A stretch of 27,629 nucleotides of DNA. Source: Thermoguttaceae bacterium (GTDB lineage: Bacteria > Planctomycetota > Planctomycetia > Pirellulales > Thermoguttaceae). Under the pieces are notes generated by a model. That model had not been told where the DNA came from. It saw nothing but the letters and a program-made list of their open reading frames with translations, and made no database searches. Each line of letters starts with the position of its first letter. Positions within the stretch are counted from its first letter, which is position 1. Shown one piece after another: positions 16,171 through 25,068 of this stretch. Where the stretch lies: positions 1-27,629 of the forward strand of contig JAFSMW010000106.1 in the NCBI GenBank assembly GCA_017447745.1, written 5' to 3'. The position numbers and the translations under genes were made by a program.

Positions 16171-17733
16171 TCATCTCAACCTCTTCGTCTTGAACTGCTT
16201 CCCCGCCAACGCCTGTTTGACGTATACGCCCCAGAATTCCGTGGGCGTATAGTCCCAGTCTTTAATAACGTTGGGTCCGCACGTCGGGTGAAAGCTGAAC
16301 CCCGTCCAATTGAGCCGATAATGCTGAATCACGCCCAGCATGTCCGCCGGCCATGGGCTGTCTACTCCAACGACTTCATTCTGAGCGCTTTTGGGAATGA
16401 AGCTGAAATCGTCCCACGAACGCAGGTTTCCGACTTCGCCGATAAAAATCGGATATTTCTTTGCCGCGTCGATAAACGCTTTTTGCCACCCCATCTTCCA
16501 CGGATAGATATGTGACGAATAAATAATCCCTCGACCGGATTTTGAATCTGTCAGGACAAACTCCCCGCTGGCAACGGCGGATAAATCGTAGCTCCAGTCT
16601 AAACCGCCGACAATAACAGGGTTGTTCGCCCCGGTTTGACGAACGGCGTCGAGAAGCGACTGCATGGACGAGCGCCACGTTGCCCAATCGATGTCGTGCG
16701 GCTCGTTAAACAGTTCAAAAATAACGGCGGGATGATTCTTGTATCGAACGGCGGCGTCTGACCAGAATTTTTGATGTTCTTCTTTCGGCGTCCCGAACCG
16801 GTGCAGATCGAGAACCAGATACGCCTTGCGTTCTGCGCACAGCGCGACAACGCGGTCAACCAGCTGACGGTACTTCTCCCCGCCGTCGTTTTGCCATTTG
16901 TTCTGACCGAACCAGAACTCCTCGTTGACTGGAAGTCGAACGACGTTTGCCTTCCACTCGTCCAGAGCGACCGCAACGCTTTGCTCAATATGCTCGCCGC
17001 CCGCGCTCCATTCCAAAGAATCAATGCAGACGCCTTGAAGCCAAACCTCTTTTCCGTCTCGATTAACAATTCGGTTCCCTTCAATGCGAATCGGTTCCGA
17101 CAGTCCTGTTACATCGCGCGGCGTCTGAACGGTTGACGGTTTCGCCTGAACGCGGGGACGTTCTTTTTTCTCGGGCGGCGCCTGATCAGTTGCGCTGACT
17201 TGAATCGCAGCGAATTCCATTGTCCCTGACTGCGCCTGAAGGAAGTACGGCATCAGCTCGACAAACTGCGCTCCTTCTGGAACGGCGACAACGTACTCAA
17301 CAGTCTTCCAGCCGTCAGACGTTCCCTTAAACGTCGGCACGTGCGGAGTCGGCGAAAGCGTCTTGCCGTCGGACGATTTGAAGTTCATAATAACCCGTCC
17401 GTCGTTCCAGTTCTGCGCCCCGGACTGAACGTTCTCGTATCGAACTTTTAGCTGAACTTTAAGCGCTTTTGGCGGATTCTTCGGCAGATACATGCGTCGA
17501 TAAACCATCACGTTTGACCGCGTCTGTTTAACCGTCAGACGCAAAACCGGGACGTCTTTCCCGGCGATATTCACCGTCTGAACGGACGTCGTATCGCCGT
17601 TTACGCCCCAATCCGAGGCAAGCTGTGCCGCTGTCGTTTTGGAGAAATCGCCGTTAGACAGTTCCACCTGTCCGTACGCGGGAAGAGTCAATAACAAAAC
17701 CGTCAGGATGGGAAAGAATCGAGATTGTAACAT
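16171..17733 (-). CDS. Secreted glycoside hydrolase family 5 (cellulase-type) with N-terminal beta-sandwich (CBM-like) domain
   Basis: Signal peptide. GH5 catalytic acid/base motif IFELFNEPH, nucleophile motif IFIGEVGN, and HIY motif. Confidence 0.8.
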   Translation of the reverse strand: MLQSRFFPILTVLLLTLPAYGQVELSNGDFSKTTAAQLASDWGVNGDTTSVQTVNIAGKDVPVLRLTVKQTRSNVMVYRRMYLPKNPPKALKVQLKVRYENVQSGAQNWNDGRVIMNFKSSDGKTLSPTPHVPTFKGTSDGWKTVEYVVAVPEGAQFVELMPYFLQAQSGTMEFAAIQVSATDQAPPEKKERPRVQAKPSTVQTPRDVTGLSEPIRIEGNRIVNRDGKEVWLQGVCIDSLEWSAGGEHIEQSVAVALDEWKANVVRLPVNEEFWFGQNKWQNDGGEKYRQLVDRVVALCAERKAYLVLDLHRFGTPKEEHQKFWSDAAVRYKNHPAVIFELFNEPHDIDWATWRSSMQSLLDAVRQTGANNPVIVGGLDWSYDLSAVASGEFVLTDSKSGRGIIYSSHIYPWKMGWQKAFIDAAKKYPIFIGEVGNLRSWDDFSFIPKSAQNEVVGVDSPWPADMLGVIQHYRLNWTGFSFHPTCGPNVIKDWDYTPTEFWGVYVKQALAGKQFKTKRLR

Positions 17734-17765
17734 GATATAATAGTGTGTCTATGACTAATTTAATA

Positions 17766-17796
17766 CTACTGCCTATTGCCTACTGCCTATTGTCTA
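17766..17796 (-). repeat. Heptamer array (ctactgcctattgcctactgcctattgtcta) filling the GH5/beta-helix intergenic gap and supplying the ...NRQ-TAG end of the beta-helix gene
   Basis: Direct reading. The stop codon at 17780-17782 lies inside the array. Confidence 0.7.
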
Positions 17797-18844
17797 AATT
17801 CCATTTATCTGGAATTTTGTTTCCGGCCCGTATACTTTTCTGATTTCCGTGAGATTTTATCAGCGTTGCGGGAGCGCCTGATCCGGCGTCGGAAAAGACG
17901 TTGTCAAACAATACGACGTCTTTGCCGTCAGTAAGCTCGATAACAGGCGAAGAAAATGGCGTTTCAATTGCGTTGTTATTCAGAATGAGAGCGCCGTCGT
18001 GCGCCGCGCCGCCGTCTTTGCCGAAATGGATACATCCGCGGTTCCCTTTACACAAAGGGTCTTTTTTAATTGAGCAGTTGGAAATCAGAGCGTTACTGCC
18101 GGGAACGTCCGTACAGTCTTTGCCGTCGACCAAATCGATTTCCCGGTTGGCGGCGTCATGAATGGAGCAGTTGGAAATATTAACCCGACGAACTCGACAT
18201 TTGATATTATGCCCAGTCTTCGCCCGGGCGATCTCAGAATACTGAATTTTAACGCTGTCCCCGCCGAGATACAGATTGTGGTTGTACCCGGGCTCTTCCT
18301 CTGCCCCGTTGTCTGTAATGCGGCAATGGGTTATAAGCTGATTGGCGCCCAGCGGTTCAACGCCCTGTTTACCCGCGCGCCCATCACTCATAATTCCCAT
18401 GTCGTTGTTGAAAATATCGCACCGGGAGATTGTAACATCGTTCGCCTGTGAGATTCTCACGCCGGCGGCGTTGTGCGTCTCGTTATGAGCGTTGCGAAGA
18501 ATAAAACCGTCCAGCGTTCCGCCAGAACCGTGAGCGCAAAACTGAACAATCGCCCGAGGCGTCGAACCTGCGCCGGTATAGTTGACGCCATCCCCGTCAA
18601 GAACAACAGGATCATTCGGATTTGCCGCCTGAATCGTCAGATTCGGTTTATCGATCATCAATTTTACTTCTTCGTAAACCGCGCCGTTGGGAAGCGGCGG
18701 GTGAACAATTATTGTAGCGCCGGGCTTTGCCGCTGCAACGGCGTCTTCAATACGTGAAAACGCCTGACCTGGACCAACGTGCAGCGTCTCGCCGTAGGCA
18801 TTCGTAACAAGCAATACAATCGACAAAAAAAGTAAACGTTTCAT
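17780..18844 (-). CDS. Secreted right-handed parallel beta-helix repeat protein (pectate-lyase/polysaccharide-lyase-like fold)
   Basis: Signal peptide MKRLLFLSIVLLVTNAYG. Repeated beta-helix rungs (ISQANDVTISRCDIFNN, ITHCRITDNG, ISNCSIHD, ISNCSIKKD). Confidence 0.65.
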   Translation of the reverse strand: MKRLLFLSIVLLVTNAYGETLHVGPGQAFSRIEDAVAAAKPGATIIVHPPLPNGAVYEEVKLMIDKPNLTIQAANPNDPVVLDGDGVNYTGAGSTPRAIVQFCAHGSGGTLDGFILRNAHNETHNAAGVRISQANDVTISRCDIFNNDMGIMSDGRAGKQGVEPLGANQLITHCRITDNGAEEEPGYNHNLYLGGDSVKIQYSEIARAKTGHNIKCRVRRVNISNCSIHDAANREIDLVDGKDCTDVPGSNALISNCSIKKDPLCKGNRGCIHFGKDGGAAHDGALILNNNAIETPFSSPVIELTDGKDVVLFDNVFSDAGSGAPATLIKSHGNQKSIRAGNKIPDKWNLDNRQ

Positions 18845-18889
18845 GGATTCTGGAAATGGGAAAAAGAAAATGAGCTACAATACTAACTC

Positions 18890-20257
18890 TTACCGCTCCA
18901 AAACAAACATTCTCAGCTGGCTGGGCTGCGGAACGACGTTATGCGGTCGATCCCGGTTTATCGGCAGCGTTTCCCAAACGAAAAAGTACAGCCGATTTGG
19001 ATTGGACGCGTCTGTTACCGTAGCGACTTTCCGACCTTGATTTTCCTGCGTATTTTCTACTTTGTAACATTCCGCCGGGATTTTCGATTTTGGCGGAGCG
19101 GCTCCGATGGGCTTGAACGTTTCGTCGTCCAGTTCAAAGTCCCCGGACTTCTCATATTTCCGGTTCCACGACTGATACAGTTTTCCGTTTTCGGATCGAA
19201 CGGCAGAGAAGGACAATTCGCCTGGAATGCAACCTCTGCCAGAGAAAACCCAGCTATGCGTCCAGTCCGTTGTTTGATAATATTTCCAAACGCCGTCTTC
19301 CAGACGCGCCTGCATGATCTGATTGTTTTTGTTTTCATCATATCGAGTGTACGTTATCACAACGCGGTTTTGAGTATCAAACCCCAACTGAACCAGCGGA
19401 TTGAGAAGTCCTTCGCCGTTTTTCAGCGGCGCGACAACCTCGCCCGTCTGCTCTGTTACAGGCAGCGTCAGCGGTTTGCCCTGACTAGTCTCCCAATGAA
19501 TCAAATCCCGACTTCGCATATACGACAAATCGTGATTCGTCTCGCAGTCCGGCGTGTCCCGCCAAACCCACGCAATATGATACCAGCCGTCGGGTCCTTT
19601 AACCGGACCTTTGAAATAGGCATTGCACAGCCCCAAGCCGTCAAACATGGGGACGTCCAAAAACCGTTTCCAGGATTTCGAATCCGGATCGTAAACGTTC
19701 CACAGCTGGCTTCCGTTCCCGGACGCCCCGTCTCGATACGTGAAAACCAGCGCGCCGTCGGCCGATTGCATAAACATCGGGTACGTAACCCGATGCTCTC
19801 GCGCAGCAACGAGTTCCTCTTTAGACGTCCCTGCCGCCGTCATGCGATTGATTGGCTGAAGGGACTCTATATCCAGCGGCTTTGCCGATCGATAGTATAT
19901 CATAGGAACGCAATGCATGTTCCCGCAGACGTGAAGACAATTGTCCCGGTCAAACGCAATTGTAATATAATTGTGAGAATCCCAGCCGATTTTCGTATCC
20001 AGCTTTTTGAACTTCCACGCTCCGTCCGGCAGACGCTTCTGACCGATTACCATGCTCTTGTCTTCGCCGGAATAGAACCCGATAAACAGATACCCTTCTT
20101 TTTGAACGAATGCGAACTGAACGGGATTTCCAGACCAGACAGACGCAATGTTCTCTCTCGAGACGATTTTCCACGGCGCCGGATCTGCCGCTTCAATTTG
20201 GGTTTGACATAACGCGGCAATCAGCGCTGCGACGATAATTAATAATGAATGTTTCAT
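18890..20257 (-). CDS. Secreted hypothetical protein, beta-propeller/sialidase-like fold suspected (family not assignable by eye)
   Basis: Preferred start at MKHSLLIIVAALIAALCQTQIEA (signal peptide); the track start at 20380 adds 41 aa with no signal. Sits in the same secreted trio as the GH5 and beta-helix genes. Confidence 0.5.
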   Translation of the reverse strand: MKHSLLIIVAALIAALCQTQIEAADPAPWKIVSRENIASVWSGNPVQFAFVQKEGYLFIGFYSGEDKSMVIGQKRLPDGAWKFKKLDTKIGWDSHNYITIAFDRDNCLHVCGNMHCVPMIYYRSAKPLDIESLQPINRMTAAGTSKEELVAAREHRVTYPMFMQSADGALVFTYRDGASGNGSQLWNVYDPDSKSWKRFLDVPMFDGLGLCNAYFKGPVKGPDGWYHIAWVWRDTPDCETNHDLSYMRSRDLIHWETSQGKPLTLPVTEQTGEVVAPLKNGEGLLNPLVQLGFDTQNRVVITYTRYDENKNNQIMQARLEDGVWKYYQTTDWTHSWVFSGRGCIPGELSFSAVRSENGKLYQSWNRKYEKSGDFELDDETFKPIGAAPPKSKIPAECYKVENTQENQGRKVATVTDASNPNRLYFFVWETLPINRDRPHNVVPQPSQLRMFVLER

Positions 20258-20544
20258 GGCAGGGAAGGGAAGCTGTTGAGATTTGCAAGAGGATGAAAGG
20301 CGGTAATGACGGTTGGTCATTCCAGAGTTTTGGTTTGCCTTCGGCAAACTGCGTAATTCCGCTCCCGTTGGTCGCTCCATTACCGCCTTCCATTCTCATT
20401 ATAAACCAACCCAAAACAAAAATCAAGAATTTTCCTGTATTTTTCTCTTATCCCGCTTTCTTTTTTCTGAATTAATCGTATAAATATAAATAGAGTAATT
20501 GGTTTCTTTGCAAACGTTTGACAATATCACCCAATTTAAGAGTC

Positions 20545-21207
20545 ATGACAACGCTTTTAGTTTCTAACGATCTGACGTTCCTGTCAAGTGGAATTCATGG
20601 TCTTTATCTGATCTGCGCTATAGTCGGCGGGTTCATTATGGTCGTCCAGTTCCTGATGATGATTTTTGGATTTGGCGATTTTAATGACGTCGACGCTCCC
20701 GGCGACGCTCCAGACGTCAATTTAGACGGCGGCGACGTCGACGCTGGAGACACTGACGTTGGCAGCGGCGACGCTGACGTCGGCGGCGGAAACATGATTT
20801 CCTTGGCGCGCTTTTTGAGTTTTCGGGTTATTGTTGCTGCAAGCGCATTTTTTGGCGTTCTCGGATTATGGGCTGACAGCGCCAAATTCCACCCAATAGT
20901 CAGTTTTATTGTGGCTCTTTTAGGTGGATGGGTTGCCGGAGCCGCAGTTGCTTTTATTATGGGATTTATCAACAAACTGCAGTCCAGCGGAAACGTTAAA
21001 TTGGAATCTGCCGTTGGAAAAACAGCCACCGTCTACATTCGCATTCCAGAAAACAAATCCAATACCGGGAAAATTCAGCTAACCATCCAAGGACGAATTG
21101 ACGAAATGGAAGCCATGACGCCCGGTCCCGCCCTGCCCTCCGGCGCTACGGTCGTCATCAAAGAAATTGTCGATGGTCGCATCGCTATCGTTGAAGAAAA
21201 ACAATAA
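20545..21207 (+). CDS. NfeD-like membrane protein (short form: TM helices + C-terminal OB-fold), with an Asp/Gly-rich insert
   Basis: Hydrophobic helices followed by an OB-like C-terminus GKTATVYIRIPENKSNTGKIQLTIQGRIDEM...VVIKEIVDGRIAIVEE. Acidic segment DVDAPGDAPDVNLDGGDVDAGDTDVGSGDADVGGG. Lies upstream of flotillin, as in yuaF-floT-type operons. The track start at 20518 is a TTG; the ATG at ~20545 is preferred. Confidence 0.65.
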   Translation: MTTLLVSNDLTFLSSGIHGLYLICAIVGGFIMVVQFLMMIFGFGDFNDVDAPGDAPDVNLDGGDVDAGDTDVGSGDADVGGGNMISLARFLSFRVIVAASAFFGVLGLWADSAKFHPIVSFIVALLGGWVAGAAVAFIMGFINKLQSSGNVKLESAVGKTATVYIRIPENKSNTGKIQLTIQGRIDEMEAMTPGPALPSGATVVIKEIVDGRIAIVEEKQ

Positions 21208-21218
21208 CGTTAATAGCC

Positions 21219-21268
21219 AGGAGTTAGAAGCGATACATTTGGGATATACTTCTAACTCCTGTTTTTTT
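21219..21268 (+). terminator. Rho-independent terminator after the NfeD-like gene (12-bp stem aggagttagaag/cttctaactcct + T7)
   Basis: Perfect 12-bp stem followed by gttttttt, 12 nt after the TAA. The stem is built from the GAGTTAG heptamer. Confidence 0.7.
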
Positions 21269-21457
21269 CAATTCTGCTTCCACCAACCAGCTTCTTAACA
21301 TTCATCGTCAACGATAAAAGCGGATTGTCTTTTACCTGCATGCTGGCAGCTAACAGGTTTCAATCTATATTCTCTATTCCATACAATTATTGCATTCATT
21401 ACAAACCATACTCTCTACGGATTTTAATCCATATTTTTTATTTATCCTTCGCAAGAT

Positions 21458-21487
21458 TTTACATTTTGTCAAAATATATGATATAAT
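21458..21487 (+). promoter_or_regulatory. Sigma70-like promoter candidate for flotillin (TTTACA - 18 nt - TATAAT) within a 360-bp AT-rich leader region
   Basis: tttaca at 21458-21463 and tataat at 21482-21487, giving a ~125-nt leader to the ATG at 21620. That ATG has a good SD (GAGGT, 7 nt upstream). Confidence 0.35.
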
Positions 21488-21619
21488 TAAAGCTGGAGAA
21501 GATGTATCAACCATGCATTTCTGGTAATTTAAATTAATTGAAACAGATAAAGAGTCTTTGAATAAAGCGCTCTATCTTCAATTATCAGTTTTTAACGTTA
21601 ATCCAATCGAGGTAAAACC

Positions 21620-23260
21620 ATGACGCATTTAGCAACATTATCGCAGATAACAGAATCTTCGATGATCTATCCGGCAATTTTTATCGGATTGATTATTCTG
21701 CTTCTTGCCGGGCTGTTTGTTCTTTTTCTGAAATGTTATAAACGCTGCCCCAGTAACCGGATTCTTGTCATTTTCGGTATGACGGAAAAAGGCAAATCGG
21801 CAGTCTGCATTGCCGGCGGCGCGAGATTCGTCAAGCCGTTTATTCAGGATTACGCTTGGCTGTCTCTCGAACCGATGCAGATTGAAGTTCCTCTGCGCGG
21901 CGCGCTGTCTTTGGAAAACATCCGCGTCAACGTCCCCAGCGTGTTTACGGTTGCTATCGGAACGTCAGACGACCTGATGCAAAATGCAGCAGTTCGACTT
22001 CTCGGCTTGTCTTTCGGGGAAATCAAAAAGCAGGCAGAGGACATCATTTTCGGTCAGATGCGTCAGGTAATCGCGTCCATGCCGATTGTTGACATCAACC
22101 GCGACCGTGACAAGTTTCTGGAAAACATTCAACATTCTCTGGAACCGGAATTGCGAAAAATCGGTTTGATTCTCATCAACGTCAACATTACAGATATTAC
22201 TGACGAATCTGGCTACATCGAAGCAATGGGGCAGAAAGCGGCGTCTGAAGCGATTCAGAAGGCGCGCGGCGACGTTGCGGAAAACGAAAAGATGGGCGCT
22301 GTCGCCGTTGCCAACGCAGAACGGGAAAAGGCGGTTCGCGTTTCGGAAGCCAACCGCGACATGAACATCGGAACCCGTGAAGCTGAACGAGATCAGCAGA
22401 TTCGTTTGGCAGATCTGGCAAAAGAGCAGTCCATTGGAGAACAACAGGCGGAATTCCAGAAAGAAGCCGAAATCAAAGAAGCAGAACGGGAAATGCGAAT
22501 TCGTCTGGCAGACGCCAACGCGAAGGCGATTGAGGGCGAAAACATCTCTCAAGCCGTCATTGCAGCGTCTAAAGCCGAGTTGATGATCAAACAGGCGGAA
22601 GCGTTTCAGGCAGGCGGTACGAAAAAGGCCGTTGCGGAAGCCGCTGTTAAAGAAGCGGAAAACTTGGCTTTGGCAAAGGCGGCGGAAGCGGAAGCGGTTC
22701 GCATTGAAGCAGAGCGTCGCGCCGAACTGGAAGCCCCGGCAAAAGCCGAAAAGGCGAAAATCATCGTCGAGGCGGAAGCCGAAGCCGAGAAACGACGCGT
22801 CGAGGCGACTGGTCGAGCGGCAGAAATCTATGCGGAACTGGAAGCACGAGCCCGCGGCGAATACGAAATCCTCGCTCGGAAAGGCGAAGGTCTTCAGAAG
22901 ATTATCGAGGCGTGCGGCGGCGCGGAAGCTGCGTTCCGACTCCTGCTTCTGGAACATTTCGACACACTGATCGAATCCTCCGCAAAAGCCATTTCCAACA
23001 TCAAGTTCGACAAAGTCGTCGTTTGGGATGGAACTGGACAAGGCGGTCAAACGGCAACGTCCAACTGGCTTACCGGCATGGCGAAAACGCTCCCGCCGAT
23101 GCTCGAAGTCATGAAAGAAGTCGCCGGCGTCGACATCCTGCCGTCTATCACCGGAGCCGAAAGCAAAGAACCCGCTCCGGCGGCAGAAGCCCCTGTCCCA
23201 ACGGAACCCCCTGCCCCGGCGGCAGAAAAACCTGTAACAAAAACCGCTGCGAAGAAATAG
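21620..23260 (+). CDS. floT: Flotillin-like SPFH/band-7 protein (FloT-like)
   Basis: N-terminal membrane hairpin followed by an SPFH domain and a long Ala/Glu-rich coiled-coil (EA repeats); 546 aa. The TAG stop is part of the downstream GGGAATA array. Confidence 0.8.
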   Translation: MTHLATLSQITESSMIYPAIFIGLIILLLAGLFVLFLKCYKRCPSNRILVIFGMTEKGKSAVCIAGGARFVKPFIQDYAWLSLEPMQIEVPLRGALSLENIRVNVPSVFTVAIGTSDDLMQNAAVRLLGLSFGEIKKQAEDIIFGQMRQVIASMPIVDINRDRDKFLENIQHSLEPELRKIGLILINVNITDITDESGYIEAMGQKAASEAIQKARGDVAENEKMGAVAVANAEREKAVRVSEANRDMNIGTREAERDQQIRLADLAKEQSIGEQQAEFQKEAEIKEAEREMRIRLADANAKAIEGENISQAVIAASKAELMIKQAEAFQAGGTKKAVAEAAVKEAENLALAKAAEAEAVRIEAERRAELEAPAKAEKAKIIVEAEAEAEKRRVEATGRAAEIYAELEARARGEYEILARKGEGLQKIIEACGGAEAAFRLLLLEHFDTLIESSAKAISNIKFDKVVVWDGTGQGGQTATSNWLTGMAKTLPPMLEVMKEVAGVDILPSITGAESKEPAPAAEAPVPTEPPAPAAEKPVTKTAAKK

Positions 23261-23316
23261 GGAATAGGAATGGGGAATAGGGAGTAGACGCTTGCGTCAA
23301 CTCCTCACTCCTAACT
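23257..23316. terminator. Bidirectional element between convergent flotillin and minimal-metallopeptidase genes (tagggaataggaatggggaatagggagtag / acgcttgcgt / ctcctcactcctaact)
   Basis: The plus-sense array contains the flotillin TAG. The minus-sense array begins 2 nt after the metallopeptidase TGA. Confidence 0.6.
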
Positions 23317-23318
23317 AT

Positions 23319-23774
23319 TCAGTATCCTAACGATTCCAAATCGTCGTCGCTCAAACCGTGAAGATGTCCGTATTCGTGTAATATCGTAATACGGATTTCT
23401 TCGTCAAGTAGATCTAAATTAATATCAGACGGTTTGAGCAAATTCAGTTCCGGGTCGAGTCGTTCAAAGAATTCATCTGTTAACGACTCGTCCGCCTCTA
23501 ACGCCTGAACGATGATTCCCTCTCGATAAATCACGACGGAGTCCGGCGTCATCGGCTGGGCTTCAATGGATTTCTCTGTAATCCCGATTCCGGTAAACAG
23601 CCCGCACAGCTCGTCGCGAAACTCTATTCCCATGGTTTCCATGACCTCGTCGGACGGGTAATCCTCAACCAGCAGCGGAATCTCGTTGTTGATTATATCC
23701 AGGACCTCCGCCGGCAGCGTCTTTATAACTGCCTCAACCCGGGCGTCAAACAGTTTTCGTAATTCTCGTTTCAT
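23319..23774 (-). CDS. Minimal zinc metallopeptidase (COG3824-like 'MMP-like' domain, HEXXHXXGXXD: HEYGHLHGLSDDD)
   Basis: 151 aa from MKRELRKLF. The track start at 23891 reads through the GGGAATA array (PIPYSLLPIPYSL). Confidence 0.7.
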   Translation of the reverse strand: MKRELRKLFDARVEAVIKTLPAEVLDIINNEIPLLVEDYPSDEVMETMGIEFRDELCGLFTGIGITEKSIEAQPMTPDSVVIYREGIIVQALEADESLTDEFFERLDPELNLLKPSDINLDLLDEEIRITILHEYGHLHGLSDDDLESLGY

Positions 23775-23781
23775 AGATGCA

Positions 23782-23980
23782 GGGAATAGGGAGTAGGGAA
23801 TGGGGAGTAGGGAATAGGGAATAGGGAATAGGGAGTGGCAAGTGGATTGGAAGGCGGTAATGGAGCGACCAACGGGAGCGGAATTACGCATTCGCCGTCA
23901 GGCGAACGGAGGCATTAGGCGATAGGCAATAGGAAAGAGTGTAAAATTTCTACTGCCTACTGCCTCTTGCCTACTGCCTC
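23782..23980. repeat. Large composite element between the radical-SAM gene and the metallopeptidase gene: (GGGAATA/GGGAGTA)x8, hairpin ttcgccgtcaggcgaa (23891-23906), TAGGCGA/TAGGCAA/TAGGAAA array, then ctactgcctactgcctcttgcctactgcc
   Basis: Direct reading. The last arm encodes the final EAVGKRQ and the TAG of the radical-SAM protein on the minus strand. Confidence 0.8.
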
Positions 23981-25036
23981 CCTATAGTCCTCATAGCACA
24001 ACAGCGGCTCATTGCGGTCAAAGTCCCAGGTATGGGTTGAATCGCCGCCGCAAAGAAACCGCTCTGAACAGTTGACGCATTTGGAGCAGTCGGCAGTGCG
24101 GTCTTTTCTGAAAACCTGAAAACGATTCAGCCAGACGTCCATAAAGTTGTCCGTCTTGATATTCCCCTGAACCAGCTCCGGTCTGTTTTCGATATCCAGA
24201 CACGCACAGATGTCGCCGTTGCTTCTCACGCTGGCAACTAAGATTCCCGCTCCGCAGAGGAAATAATGATCGCGAACCATGCGCTCGTTCTCTGCTCCAA
24301 GGTAATGCGAGCACCCGAACGTTACTTCCATCTTGTTGGCGCTGTCAAATCGCTTGTTTCGTATATAGGAAATCAACTGAGCAAACTGTTCCGGCGACAA
24401 CAACATGTCGCTTGACTCACAAGCTCGTCCAATCGGCTCTACGTTGATCGGCCGCCAGTTGGTTATGCCCATCTGAGTGAGCATATCGTACAGCTCGTCC
24501 AGTTCGTTGAAGTTGTCTCGATGTAACACGGTCGTTACCTGCGGCTCGAACCCCGCCTTCTGCAGAGCTTTCAGCCCGCGCAGAGCAAGACGCCAGCTGC
24601 CCTTCCGCTGTCGGAGAGAGTCGTGCGAGCGCTCCAGCCCGTCCAGGCTGACGGACACCGTAGACATTCCAACCTGTTTAAGATTCTCTGCAATCACGTC
24701 GTCGATCAACGTCGCGTTTGTCGTCATGCCCCAATAGAACCCCATCGACCGAACGCATTGAGCTATCTCGAAAAAAGCAGGATGCATCATCGGCTCGCCG
24801 CCGGTTAAGCAGATTGAGGGTTTGTCGCCCTGAATGGTTTTCAGGACGCCTTTAATATCCTCGACGGTCAACGTCTGCCCATGAGCGGTGCAGTTACTCC
24901 CGCAATGCCGACACCGAAGATTGCATCGATTGGTAATTTCAAAGAAAAGCCACCGGAGATGCGGAGATTTTCGGAGGGATTCCCTGTGCTGCGCGACAAC
25001 TTCAAGCTGTGAACGTTTTAGCTCTGTTACATCCAT
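23957..25036 (-). CDS. Radical SAM enzyme with C-terminal SPASM domain (peptide/protein-modifying maturase-like)
   Basis: CxxxCxxC cluster ITNRCNLRCRHC and a GGEP motif (LTGGEPMMHP). C-terminal Cys-rich SPASM-type segment (CGAGILVASVRSNGDICAC ... CSKCVNCSERFLCGG). 359 aa. Confidence 0.85.
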   Translation of the reverse strand: MDVTELKRSQLEVVAQHRESLRKSPHLRWLFFEITNRCNLRCRHCGSNCTAHGQTLTVEDIKGVLKTIQGDKPSICLTGGEPMMHPAFFEIAQCVRSMGFYWGMTTNATLIDDVIAENLKQVGMSTVSVSLDGLERSHDSLRQRKGSWRLALRGLKALQKAGFEPQVTTVLHRDNFNELDELYDMLTQMGITNWRPINVEPIGRACESSDMLLSPEQFAQLISYIRNKRFDSANKMEVTFGCSHYLGAENERMVRDHYFLCGAGILVASVRSNGDICACLDIENRPELVQGNIKTDNFMDVWLNRFQVFRKDRTADCSKCVNCSERFLCGGDSTHTWDFDRNEPLLCYEDYREAVGKRQ

Positions 25037-25068
25037 TCGATAATCCCCCGCTTGTTGCGGCTCTCTCG

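Noticed and set aside
21260-21620. AT-rich 360-bp block as a horizontally acquired islet or pseudogene remnant
   Set aside because: No ORF of 60 aa or more exists in any frame, and there are no inverted repeats at its edges. It is bounded by a terminator on one side and a good promoter/SD on the other, so a regulatory leader is the simpler reading.
23782-23840. CRISPR array interpretation of the GGGAATA / TAGGCAG tandem repeats
   Set aside because: The units are 7 nt with no spacers and no cas genes nearby. Arrays are 3-8 units long and sit at gene boundaries. They do not have CRISPR architecture.
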